In this document: piece after piece, positions 47,901 to 55,845 of the stretch
How positions within the stretch are numbered: position 1 is the first letter of the stretch
Layout: each line of letters opens with the position of its first letter
Program-made: the position numbers and the translations under genes
Origin: an uncultured Gammaproteobacteria bacterium
GTDB lineage: Bacteria; Patescibacteriota; Patescibacteriia; Patescibacteriales; UBA12465
Direction of reading: 5' to 3'
DNA: 64,000 nt
NCBI GenBank assembly: GCA_964639785.1
Contig: CAZXEE010000001.1
Coordinates: forward strand, 115,832-179,831
Notes under the pieces: generated by a model
Databases searched by the model: none
Told to the model about the DNA's origin: nothing
The model's input: only the letters and a program-made list of their open reading frames with translations

Positions 47901-50900
47901 TTCTACAGTTGGGGCAGTTCTAGTTCCGGTTATCAATTACAGCCTTCTAAGCTGAAAGCTTCGGCCGATAAGCCAGAACTTACTGCCGGAACTTTTGATG
48001 CTAATCGTAATCATGTGCTTGATGGCGCTGTTGTCTGCAGCGAAGCGATTTTCAATTCAGCTCCTTCCAGTTCAGCTTACAATTCTGATTGCCGCCAGTT
48101 CTATAATAAGGATGGTGTCATCTTCTATGCTTTGTATTCTAAAACTATCACTTGTTCCAATGATTGCCATCCATACCGTTTGAGCGAAACTCCGATTGAT
48201 GAGAGTATTACTTCAGCCGCTGCTTGTACTGGCGCTGACAAGAATTGGGATGCCAGTAGCACTGCTTGTATGGTTTGTAAGAATGGCGGTGTTTGGGATA
48301 ACACCCAATCAGCTTGTATCTATCAGGCTATTCCAGGTGAAGGTCGTTCTTGCGCCTCGACTGAAAATGGTTGTCGCGAATATAATGGCAATCATGGTAA
48401 TACTTCGAGGATTATTAATTCATATGATTTTGAGAGCAGCCAAGTTTGGGGCAGCTATTGTAACGATGCTTCATCTCTGAGTTCTGATTCTATCAATAAG
48501 AATGGTCACTCTTTGAACTATAATTATAATGGCGGTTCTTGCGGTACTAATAATTTTAATCTGGCGCCGGTAGTAGTCTCTAGCCGGCATAGCGACCCAA
48601 GCCTATTGGCTGTTATCAAGAACTTCTGGAGCCGAGTAATCAAGGGAGCTGAAGCGCAGTCTAATAATGCCTTGCCAAGCCATGGTATCGGTATAACTGT
48701 CGGCAAGACTGTCAACCAGAATTCTGCTTATGTCTTAAGATTCCTGGCTAAGGCCACCTCTAATGTTTCTATTAATGCTTATCTAGCTAATGGTACAGTG
48801 GCTTCTCAATTTAACGTTAATGCTCAGAATAATGGTTCTGTTTCTATTTCCGGTAATAATGAGTGGAAGATGTATACCGTCAATCTAGCCGCCTTAGACC
48901 ATGAGGTTACCGACCAGGAGGCTCTGATTATTTCCGCTTCCGGCGGTTTGCTGCTTGATGATATCACCCTGACCGAGGTGACTGATCGTTTTTATCTGAT
49001 CAAGGATTCATGGGTGACTCCGGATTCTTGCTACTACGATACTGCCAACCAGTATCAAGGCGTTAACTATAACTTAGGTTGCGGCGCTTATACTAATCGC
49101 GCTAATGCTACTTCATATCTCCGTAATTTCAGCCATCTCTGTTCTGATTCTTCCGCCGGTTGTGAATTGATGGCTTTGACTAATAATTCTTCCGATCCTG
49201 GCGTTCAGACTTTCAATGAATCCGGCACAGCCAATAACCAATGTGACGGCTCCGACGGCCCTTCTTGTGTCCAAGTTCCGGCTGACAAGATGGCCTATGT
49301 CATCTATGACACTACCAAGCAATGCGGTTCGGAAAATAAAGGCTGTTCCCGTTTAGGCCAGCAGACCGTTACCAACCAGGATGTTACCGTCCAGAACCTG
49401 TATGCCGATACTTACATCAAGAATAATCCGGATAAATATGACACCATCCTTTGCAGCGATAATGAAGTCGGTTGCGACGAATGGAAATATCTTGACGGCC
49501 AATCTAGCTACTTCAAGGACCCAGGCGATAATGTCTGTGAATGGCGCCGTCCGGTCAATGCTACCGGTATGAACTTGCCACAGAAATGGTACAAGAGGGC
49601 TATTAAGCGTTGCGATTTTGACAACAATGGCAAGATCAATATTGATGTTAATGGCAATATTACTGAATCTCAGAATAAGCTTTGTAATTCTGACACCGAT
49701 TGTAATTATAAGCCTTGTATCTTAGACAAGAATGATTATCTGTGCGAAGTCGATTCTTTGAAAACTATCGGCTTGGGCGGCGGCAATTTAGTCTACCAAC
49801 CGAAAACCATGGTCGGTGTCTGTGAAGCCAAGGCTTCCGGTTGTACTGAGTATGTCGACCCGGTCAGCGAATTCTCACCGAATAATATCGTCAATCCAGG
49901 CTGGGGAGATATCAACAAGGATGGCATCAAGGGTGATGGCTGGTCCACTTCTACTTTCCAAACTGTTCCGATGCAAAAGCAGACCGTCTATCTCTTGAAG
50001 AATAAGCTATATAGCTTGTCGGCTGTAGCTTCCGGCGCTACACAGGATACTATTTTGTCCTGTCCGGCTTCTGTCAGGGTTTTGCAGGCTGACAACAGCT
50101 TTGCCGCTCCGACTAACACTATCACTATCGACAATGTGGTGGCTAACAAGAATGTCCTCTTCAATTCTTTGAACAATGTCGCTTGCACCATCTATGGCGG
50201 TGAGAATAACAAGACGATCAGCCTGCGCGGCACTATCGTCGACTACAAGCTGTTGACGGGAGTTGATAAGACGACTTGTAACGGAGCAGCTAGCTTCGAT
50301 TCTGGTTGCATCTTGTTTAATGAAAGAAAACAGAACGGATCTTCCGGATTGAGCGCTATGACTTGGAATGCTTATGGCGGTTCATATAATTCTGCCTCTC
50401 CAATTACTCCGACCAATTTGGCTGATGCCGATTCCAATGTTTTGATTAAGGTCAAACCGAACCGGGTCTGTTCCAAATGGCTGTCTTGTATGAGCATGGG
50501 CATCGATTCCACTACCGGCGAGGAAGTCTGCTATGCCTTGGGAGAGTGCGACAAGCTGAACGATTTTGGCCGTTGCCAGAGTTTCGTTACCAAACCTGAA
50601 ATCCAGCATACTTTCGATTCCGGCTCCGACAGGAATATCACTGGCTACTCTAAGATGAATAACTATTACCTGTCTAATATGAGTGAGGTAGGTGAGGATT
50701 TGTCAGGCAATCCTAACGGTGGTAGCTGGGGGTTTGAGAGTACCAGTACTCCAGGATTTACAATTAATAATTATAACAAAGCCATTACAGATTTTTCCGT
50801 CATCGTTGGGGCTATAGATTATCCGGCTGTCGGCAAGGGCGTAGCCTTGATTGGCGGCAATGCTTCTACTACTCCTTCGAACCAAATAGCATCGCTAAGC

Positions 50901-52796
50901 TTTGCTGTTACTAATAAAGACAGGGAACACTTTGTTAACTTCTTGGTTAATATCGATGCTTCTGAGGGTGGTAAGTTAGAGGTTTCAGGAACTGGTTGGT
51001 CAGCTTCAACAATTATTGATTCTGGCACCGGTTGGCAAAGAAGGGTTTTACGTTTCGTTCCGACATCTAATGGAAATGCTGTAATTAAGTTATACAGTTC
51101 AAGTAATAGCGCTCCGACTTATTTTGATGATATCAATATTGAACCAGTCCTCAAGGTGGCTGATAATTCCTATGTCGCTAAGGAATGCCGTTTGTATCCT
51201 AAACAGGACAGCTTGTCTTGTAAGAGTGATAATCAGTCCGTGACGGCTAACGGCATCTACGGCTATTGCTTGGAACATGATCCGAAGAATCAGAATGTCT
51301 GTATCATGTGGTATCCGATTGATAACGTAAAGAGTAGCCAGGCCTCAGCTGGAACATTCAGCGGCTTTAATGGTTATAATGGGGTTACTAATCCATATTA
51401 TTGCGCTCAGATAACTCCTAATTACCAGTTCTTAGAGAAGAGATCGGCTTATCTGTTGACTAGCCAAAATTCTGATAATGGATGTACTTATTGGGCGGGG
51501 TTTCCTGTATTAAATCAATGTCCAGCTGGTTATAAGACATTTTTTATGAGATGGCAACACCATGAAGGCAATAATGCAAAATGTACGACAGATTATTTCT
51601 GTATTCCAGAGGGTGCTGGTTCTGATGTTGTTAGGGTTTGTGATCCTAATTCTGAATCAGCCAATCCAGGCGATCCAGCCGGCTGTTCCTCGGTTAATGG
51701 ACCTTATCCGCAAACATATGGGCCATTCTCTTATTTAGACGGATCGACTGCTTTTGTCTCTGGTTCATCTTTTGGTGGCGGTAATGGAGGTTATGATGCT
51801 TGGATAGAGGTTTCTGGCAATGGTTATTATATCTATAATGGAACCCAATCCCATGATAGTTTAATTGGTACTAAATTACTGGATTATGATGACAACACCG
51901 TTAAAGATACTAATGGTTTTGTGCCGAAATGTACTAAGTTTGTTAAGGGAAGTACCCCATGGGTCAAGAGATTGAGCGATGATGTAGTACCTCAATTCTT
52001 CAATGTTAATCCATATTCTAGTCTTCGACTTGGTTTTAATATTCAACCTTTTGGATCGACAGATCTCAGCACTACTAATCCAGGATTCCCTTATTCTTGT
52101 TATCCGGCTGGTGGTTTGACTAACAACGGCGCTGAATTATGCAAGACGGTTAACGTTGCTGCTAATGGAACTATATCCGTAAGCTATCAAGGTACTGGTC
52201 CGTATATTAATGGTACGACAGCAACATCAGCTAATTATTTAAGGCAGATATTCTTGAAAGGTGAGTCTGCGTCATCAGGATTTAGCTATAATTGTTTACT
52301 TGGAACTAATTGTCCTACAATAACTCCATGTAGCGGTAACACCCGTCCAAACAATAGTCCAACTACCGGTTATTGTTCTGTTTATCCGGACGTCATTGAC
52401 TCATCGATTAAGTTAAGAGATTCTGAGGGTCATTTAATCCCATACAATAATGGTTATGCTATCTCTACTCCTGGATACTATACTTTGAGTTTTGGTGTTT
52501 CAGTTGATCCTGAACAATTGCCGGTTAGCCAATTGTTGATTGATTTTGATGATGGAACCAATGCTGAGGCTACCCAGATTGATCCAAGTAATAACTATAA
52601 CTTCATCCATTATTTTAATCCTCAAACTGGACAGACGTCATATCATATCAGGATTAAGGTAAAGGATAATTGGGAGACTTTTGGATGGAGTGGGTTGCCA
52701 ACCAGTGGAGGTTGTAATGCTATTTTGTGTACTAAGAATAATTTTAGCTCAAATCTCGTTGGTCCGGGTCAGGCATGCCAAAATTGTCTCCAATAA
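44967..52796 (+). CDS. Giant (2609 aa) secreted/surface cysteine-rich protein with CBM-like beta-sandwich modules and a PKD-like C-terminal domain
   Basis: It is an uninterrupted 7.8 kb ORF with an N-terminal signal/anchor (LLIPVLVLVFVATPIKPAAAQ). Three segments begin with xxDFE and end with (L/F)DDIx(L/I)xE-like strands. The C-terminus DFDDGT..H.F..G.Y.I.I.V.D is PKD-like. Confidence 0.75.
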   Translation: MKKPTKRLFLKSMLLIPVLVLVFVATPIKPAAAQIPADTIGGPVQVVMKVVSQVTKKLDAALKKVGSNMVQTAITNSLKRVAYDTATWIGSGAAGQKAQFATEGTGAYLLSVADSAAGDYIDEFAKNLNVNFCEPDLNVKVKIGLGLVDSVEGGSKIKDSKCKASTMFKAWKSDINEKYKAMTSPTFLKDMSSMFEVGGSDLTASLEVMDGIQKTVYDKKEKEKLDLSIEGWLPNKNIGGKTSEAPGNAKMQLEQATKNTSEAQKVNISQSPVTDAAKVFLNTLATTAFNKALKSLAGGDIKGTLSALTLGIYKDKTDAEVAELIANGGSSSLAANTNGTSCLNDPNCDPNVFQGISAVKSNLAEILKPSFDSRGDYDILSELSVCSDSTKPGPTECILDEQFSSAISDHKTVIEAIKDGSLNKTWRLKRDVDFNQGYSLRSLLVLRKFRIIPVGWETALIKAEENNANVTLMDMVSCFDPNDNYNEFSQGFTPSTWCQGLIDPNWVLKAPLNYCKRQGYGNQILDKTLIAKQTAGSEVIPEEIIMTRADEYCADEQSCIKEKSDGTCEAYGYCTEEKRTWDFDSDSCDAIYNTCQRFIKTNGASVSYLENTIDYSTCNVDNAGCRPYAVSGSYDGSSDKITWNSSNHIYFSKKAEACDSSQEGCNELIRIIPEAGHNFLVNSDFEQDLNIGSWNTNIDINNSSSTNSVSTVVDGYFSDTSISVGGILKKNVVVGPNDYNISGRNYTFSFYAKNCTLGDKAILGGANVDDQTINMGDGNEWAYYSVNYNFPLGLSDNHVFFSIISNSCQVDRLKLEMSGVGTQYSNYRDNSLIYQKLIPDYLASECYVNSNPASPDYRLKPNASNKCSGYARRCNASEVDCDLYKSVRDDFVLPARVTPNDSCFAECDGYDSYIKKATAFANPELSNFIPNSATKCGANAVGCTEFTNLDSVAKGGEGKEYYSFLRQCIKPDNNVCGVFYSWGSSSSGYQLQPSKLKASADKPELTAGTFDANRNHVLDGAVVCSEAIFNSAPSSSAYNSDCRQFYNKDGVIFYALYSKTITCSNDCHPYRLSETPIDESITSAAACTGADKNWDASSTACMVCKNGGVWDNTQSACIYQAIPGEGRSCASTENGCREYNGNHGNTSRIINSYDFESSQVWGSYCNDASSLSSDSINKNGHSLNYNYNGGSCGTNNFNLAPVVVSSRHSDPSLLAVIKNFWSRVIKGAEAQSNNALPSHGIGITVGKTVNQNSAYVLRFLAKATSNVSINAYLANGTVASQFNVNAQNNGSVSISGNNEWKMYTVNLAALDHEVTDQEALIISASGGLLLDDITLTEVTDRFYLIKDSWVTPDSCYYDTANQYQGVNYNLGCGAYTNRANATSYLRNFSHLCSDSSAGCELMALTNNSSDPGVQTFNESGTANNQCDGSDGPSCVQVPADKMAYVIYDTTKQCGSENKGCSRLGQQTVTNQDVTVQNLYADTYIKNNPDKYDTILCSDNEVGCDEWKYLDGQSSYFKDPGDNVCEWRRPVNATGMNLPQKWYKRAIKRCDFDNNGKINIDVNGNITESQNKLCNSDTDCNYKPCILDKNDYLCEVDSLKTIGLGGGNLVYQPKTMVGVCEAKASGCTEYVDPVSEFSPNNIVNPGWGDINKDGIKGDGWSTSTFQTVPMQKQTVYLLKNKLYSLSAVASGATQDTILSCPASVRVLQADNSFAAPTNTITIDNVVANKNVLFNSLNNVACTIYGGENNKTISLRGTIVDYKLLTGVDKTTCNGAASFDSGCILFNERKQNGSSGLSAMTWNAYGGSYNSASPITPTNLADADSNVLIKVKPNRVCSKWLSCMSMGIDSTTGEEVCYALGECDKLNDFGRCQSFVTKPEIQHTFDSGSDRNITGYSKMNNYYLSNMSEVGEDLSGNPNGGSWGFESTSTPGFTINNYNKAITDFSVIVGAIDYPAVGKGVALIGGNASTTPSNQIASLSFAVTNKDREHFVNFLVNIDASEGGKLEVSGTGWSASTIIDSGTGWQRRVLRFVPTSNGNAVIKLYSSSNSAPTYFDDINIEPVLKVADNSYVAKECRLYPKQDSLSCKSDNQSVTANGIYGYCLEHDPKNQNVCIMWYPIDNVKSSQASAGTFSGFNGYNGVTNPYYCAQITPNYQFLEKRSAYLLTSQNSDNGCTYWAGFPVLNQCPAGYKTFFMRWQHHEGNNAKCTTDYFCIPEGAGSDVVRVCDPNSESANPGDPAGCSSVNGPYPQTYGPFSYLDGSTAFVSGSSFGGGNGGYDAWIEVSGNGYYIYNGTQSHDSLIGTKLLDYDDNTVKDTNGFVPKCTKFVKGSTPWVKRLSDDVVPQFFNVNPYSSLRLGFNIQPFGSTDLSTTNPGFPYSCYPAGGLTNNGAELCKTVNVAANGTISVSYQGTGPYINGTTATSANYLRQIFLKGESASSGFSYNCLLGTNCPTITPCSGNTRPNNSPTTGYCSVYPDVIDSSIKLRDSEGHLIPYNNGYAISTPGYYTLSFGVSVDPEQLPVSQLLIDFDDGTNAEATQIDPSNNYNFIHYFNPQTGQTSYHIRIKVKDNWETFGWSGLPTSGGCNAILCTKNNFSSNLVGPGQACQNCLQ

Positions 52797-52870
52797 GTTA
52801 ATTTGACAGAATTAATATAATATGCCATAATATTAGGCATATAATCCATGGCTCATTGAAAAATAAGGTT

Positions 52871-52931
52871 TATTAGGTTAATTATTGAGATTATCCAGTG
52901 TTTTTGGGTATTTTCAATAATTAACCTAATA
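52871..52931. repeat. Perfect 16-bp inverted repeat (stem) with 29-nt spacer
   Basis: tattaggttaattatt (52871-52886) is the exact reverse complement of aataattaacctaata (52916-52931). Confidence 0.85.
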
Positions 52932-52958
52932 TTGTTTAACCTTAAAAATCGATAAATC

Positions 52959-54158
52959 ATGAAAACATTAAGAGTTTTCTTCATCACATTGCTCGTTGCT
53001 TTGATTTGCCCATTTTTTGTCTCTGCCCAGACATACACTTTTGAAGAGATGACTAACCCCGACCCCAATTCTAATAATTTAGTTTGTATAACTAACGTCG
53101 GTAATGTCTTGTTCGCTGGGGGAGATAATGGAACTCTCCTCAAATATAATGGATCTGCCTGGCTGCAGATTGCTAATTCCCAATCCGGACAGATTAAATC
53201 AATTTATGCGGCTAGCGAAAATGATGTCTGGATGACTTTTGATAATGCCATATTCCATTATAATGGATCAACTATTTCGGCTGTTAATATCGGGACCTCA
53301 AACCACATTATGGAAATTATTGGATTTGCTGCCAACGATATTTATGCCTGCGGTTCATTTGGTACTTTTTACCATTATAATGGATCAAATTGGTCTGCGA
53401 TTAATGGCATTCCTGGTGGTGTTAGCTTGGGCGACATGTGTGGGTTGTCCAATGATATTTATCTTACCGGTGAAGATGAAGCATCGCCTTATACCAGAAG
53501 GATGTTTCATTATGATGGTGTTAATTTAACCGAAGTGGTCTCTGGGGTTTATGGTTATGGATGGTATGATATATGGTCTCCGGATAACAATTTGTTTTAT
53601 TTGGGTGGTCGTGAGCTTTATAAATTCGATAAAACTGCCGGAACCGTAGATCAGATCTTTGATGGTTATAATAACCCATTTGGCTTTAGCGCTAATTGTA
53701 TCATTGATTTTTGGAATAGTGGCATGTCAAATGTTGATAGTATCCGAATCTATAACGGTACTACCTGGAAAACGCTTCAGGATCCGATTTATTCCGTTAG
53801 GGATCTATGTTCGCCAACCAATAATCCTAACAATATCTTTATAGTTAGTGATAATGGAGTAATCCGTCATATGGTTATAACTACCGGCATTGAGGAAACA
53901 GCCTTGAATCCAACAAGATTCGACGTTTATCCCAACCCGGCCACTGATCTGGTGACCATTGATCTGAATTTCGACCAGAAGACCGATACCAAGATTGAAC
54001 TTTTCGATGTCGTTGGGCAACGACTTGAACTGATTTCTGACTTCGGGGGTAACGAAGATCAGATCACTTTCAATGTTGGTGAACTGCCTCATGGACTTTA
54101 CCTGATAAAGGTAACTGACCGTGAAGGTAGAGTGGTTAGTAAAAAACTGACCAAATAA
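52959..54158 (+). CDS. Secreted beta-propeller-like repeat protein with T9SS-type (Por_Secre_tail-like) C-terminal sorting domain
   Basis: It has a signal peptide (..FFVSA/QT) and repeats (Y/F)(N/D)G(S/T)xWxx(I/V). The C-terminal approximately 80 aa, VYPNPATDLVTIDL..ELFDVVGQ..LPHGLYLIKV..GRVVSKKLTK, matches the T9SS CTD pattern. Confidence 0.75.
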   Translation: MKTLRVFFITLLVALICPFFVSAQTYTFEEMTNPDPNSNNLVCITNVGNVLFAGGDNGTLLKYNGSAWLQIANSQSGQIKSIYAASENDVWMTFDNAIFHYNGSTISAVNIGTSNHIMEIIGFAANDIYACGSFGTFYHYNGSNWSAINGIPGGVSLGDMCGLSNDIYLTGEDEASPYTRRMFHYDGVNLTEVVSGVYGYGWYDIWSPDNNLFYLGGRELYKFDKTAGTVDQIFDGYNNPFGFSANCIIDFWNSGMSNVDSIRIYNGTTWKTLQDPIYSVRDLCSPTNNPNNIFIVSDNGVIRHMVITTGIEETALNPTRFDVYPNPATDLVTIDLNFDQKTDTKIELFDVVGQRLELISDFGGNEDQITFNVGELPHGLYLIKVTDREGRVVSKKLTK

Positions 54159-54215
54159 AAAAGCAAAAGAAGCAAAAAGTCTCTTACGATTCTAAGAATT
54201 GTTGAAGGGATTAAG

Positions 54216-54246
54216 ATAAAACCCAGTACTAGATACTGGGTTTTTT
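54216..54246. terminator. Rho-independent terminator; copy 1 of an identical 30-nt hairpin repeat
   Basis: ataaaacccagtactagatactgggttttt has the stem aaacccagta / tactgggttt. The identical string recurs at 57948-57977. Confidence 0.85.
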
Positions 54247-54427
54247 ATTTGTTAAATTTTTCATAAAAATATGTTTATTAAATGGCCAAATTTAATAATT
54301 ATTATATATTTTCATCGAGTTTTTAATATGTTGACTTTTTTGTTTAAATATGAGAATATTATTTGTTAGTAATTTTTTGCTAATAAATAAACAAGTTTTG
54401 AACATTAACAATTTAAAATTGAGAGTC

Positions 54428-55843
54428 ATGAAGAAGGACAAAAGAGAATCTGTGTCAAAAAATTCAAAATTTATTATTCTTTTCCCGTCTGGAGAAGAAA
54501 AAATAATCAATCAGGATTTTTTGGGAAAAATGTCTTTTTCTGATGATAAGCCGTTAAATTCTTTAATTAATAATGAATTTAAGGGTTTGCCAGGGAAAGA
54601 GGTGCCATCAATACAGGCTATGCAAAGATTGGAGCTTGTAGATTATGAATCTGCTAGCGATAGCGGCCATTTCCGTTTTTATCCAAAGGGATTTTTGGTT
54701 TATGAATTAATTAAATCGTGGGCAGATGGAATTGCTGACGAGCTTAATTGTTTTAAAATCAAAACACCTCTACTCTATGATTGGAATCATCCGGCTATTC
54801 GTTCGCAGGGTGAGTCATTCCATGAAAGACATTATTCGGTTTCTGGATCTGACAAAGAAAAAGAGTTTGTGATGCGTTTTGCTGGCGATTTTGGGCTTTT
54901 CAGTATGATATCTAATGCCCAGCTGACATACAAACATCTGCCACTGAGAATCTATGAATTTTCTGATAGCTTTCGCTACGAACTTCATGGTGAATTATCT
55001 GGATTGCGGAGATTGCGCGCTTTTTCCATGCCGGACATCCACAGTTTCTGTGAAGATGTTTCACAGGGAATGGAGGAGTACAAAGTTCTTTTTAAAAAGT
55101 ATGCTGATTTGATCGTGAAGAGTGGTGTTGAATATGGGGTTGTATTTCGTGTAGTAGCAGACTTTTATAAAGAGAATAAAGCTGAAATCTGTGAGTTGTT
55201 GAATTACTGCCAAAAATCAGCAATGATTGAAATTCTCCCAGAAATGAAGCATTATTGGGCAATGAAGCATGAATTCTGCAGTATTGATGCCGTAGACGGG
55301 GTTTGTCAGCTTTCTACCGTCCAATTAGACGTGGAGGATGCTGAGCGTTATGGCATTAAATATCGCTCCAAAGAAGACGGAGAGAAAGGATGTATTATTT
55401 GTCATAGCTCTGTCGGTTCAGTTGAAAGATGGATGTTTTCTATTTTAGAGGATGCTTTAAAAAGGGAAAAACCATCACTGCCTTTCTGGTTGTCACCGGT
55501 CCAGATCAGATTAATCCCGGTTTCTAGCCAATATTTGGATAAAACTGAGATGTTTTATTCAATGTTAAGCAAAAACAATGTCAGGATTGACATTGATAAT
55601 TCAAATAACAGTGTTGGCTGGAAGATAAGGCAAGCAGAAAAAAATTGGGTGCCGTTGGTGATTGTTGTTGGTGAAAAGGATGATTTGAATTTAAATTTTT
55701 CCGTACGTCTGAGAAGTGGAAAAATTGAAAATTATGATCTGCCGGAATTTGAGAAAATGTTGAAATCTCTTTCTGATGATTTCCCAACCGTTGGTCTGTT
55801 TTACAAGTACGTATCTAACTATCCGATATTTCGGGGGAGGTAA
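54428..55843 (+). CDS. thrS: Threonyl-tRNA synthetase-like class IIa enzyme (archaeal-type catalytic core plus anticodon-binding domain, no editing or TGS domain)
   Basis: It has motif 2-like FRYELHGELSGLRRLRAFSMPDIHSFC, motif 3-like CHSSVGSVERW, and WLSPVQIRLIPV plus an HGTP-anticodon-like C-terminus. I prefer ATG 54428 over the track start at 54350. Confidence 0.7.
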   Translation: MKKDKRESVSKNSKFIILFPSGEEKIINQDFLGKMSFSDDKPLNSLINNEFKGLPGKEVPSIQAMQRLELVDYESASDSGHFRFYPKGFLVYELIKSWADGIADELNCFKIKTPLLYDWNHPAIRSQGESFHERHYSVSGSDKEKEFVMRFAGDFGLFSMISNAQLTYKHLPLRIYEFSDSFRYELHGELSGLRRLRAFSMPDIHSFCEDVSQGMEEYKVLFKKYADLIVKSGVEYGVVFRVVADFYKENKAEICELLNYCQKSAMIEILPEMKHYWAMKHEFCSIDAVDGVCQLSTVQLDVEDAERYGIKYRSKEDGEKGCIICHSSVGSVERWMFSILEDALKREKPSLPFWLSPVQIRLIPVSSQYLDKTEMFYSMLSKNNVRIDIDNSNNSVGWKIRQAEKNWVPLVIVVGEKDDLNLNFSVRLRSGKIENYDLPEFEKMLKSLSDDFPTVGLFYKYVSNYPIFRGR

Positions 55844-55845
55844 TT

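Noticed and set aside
52853-53143. A 96-aa minus-strand ORF spans the inverted repeat and the 5' end of the T9SS-CTD gene.
   Set aside because: It overlaps a much better supported plus-strand gene and an AT-rich intergenic region. It is probably spurious.
52959-54158. Taking the T9SS C-terminal domain as evidence that the contig is from Bacteroidota.
   Set aside because: All flanking core genes and the pilin/VirB2-like repertoire argue otherwise. The same YNGS-W repeat type also occurs in the pilin-like gene at 1835-3316, within the non-AT-rich part of the window.
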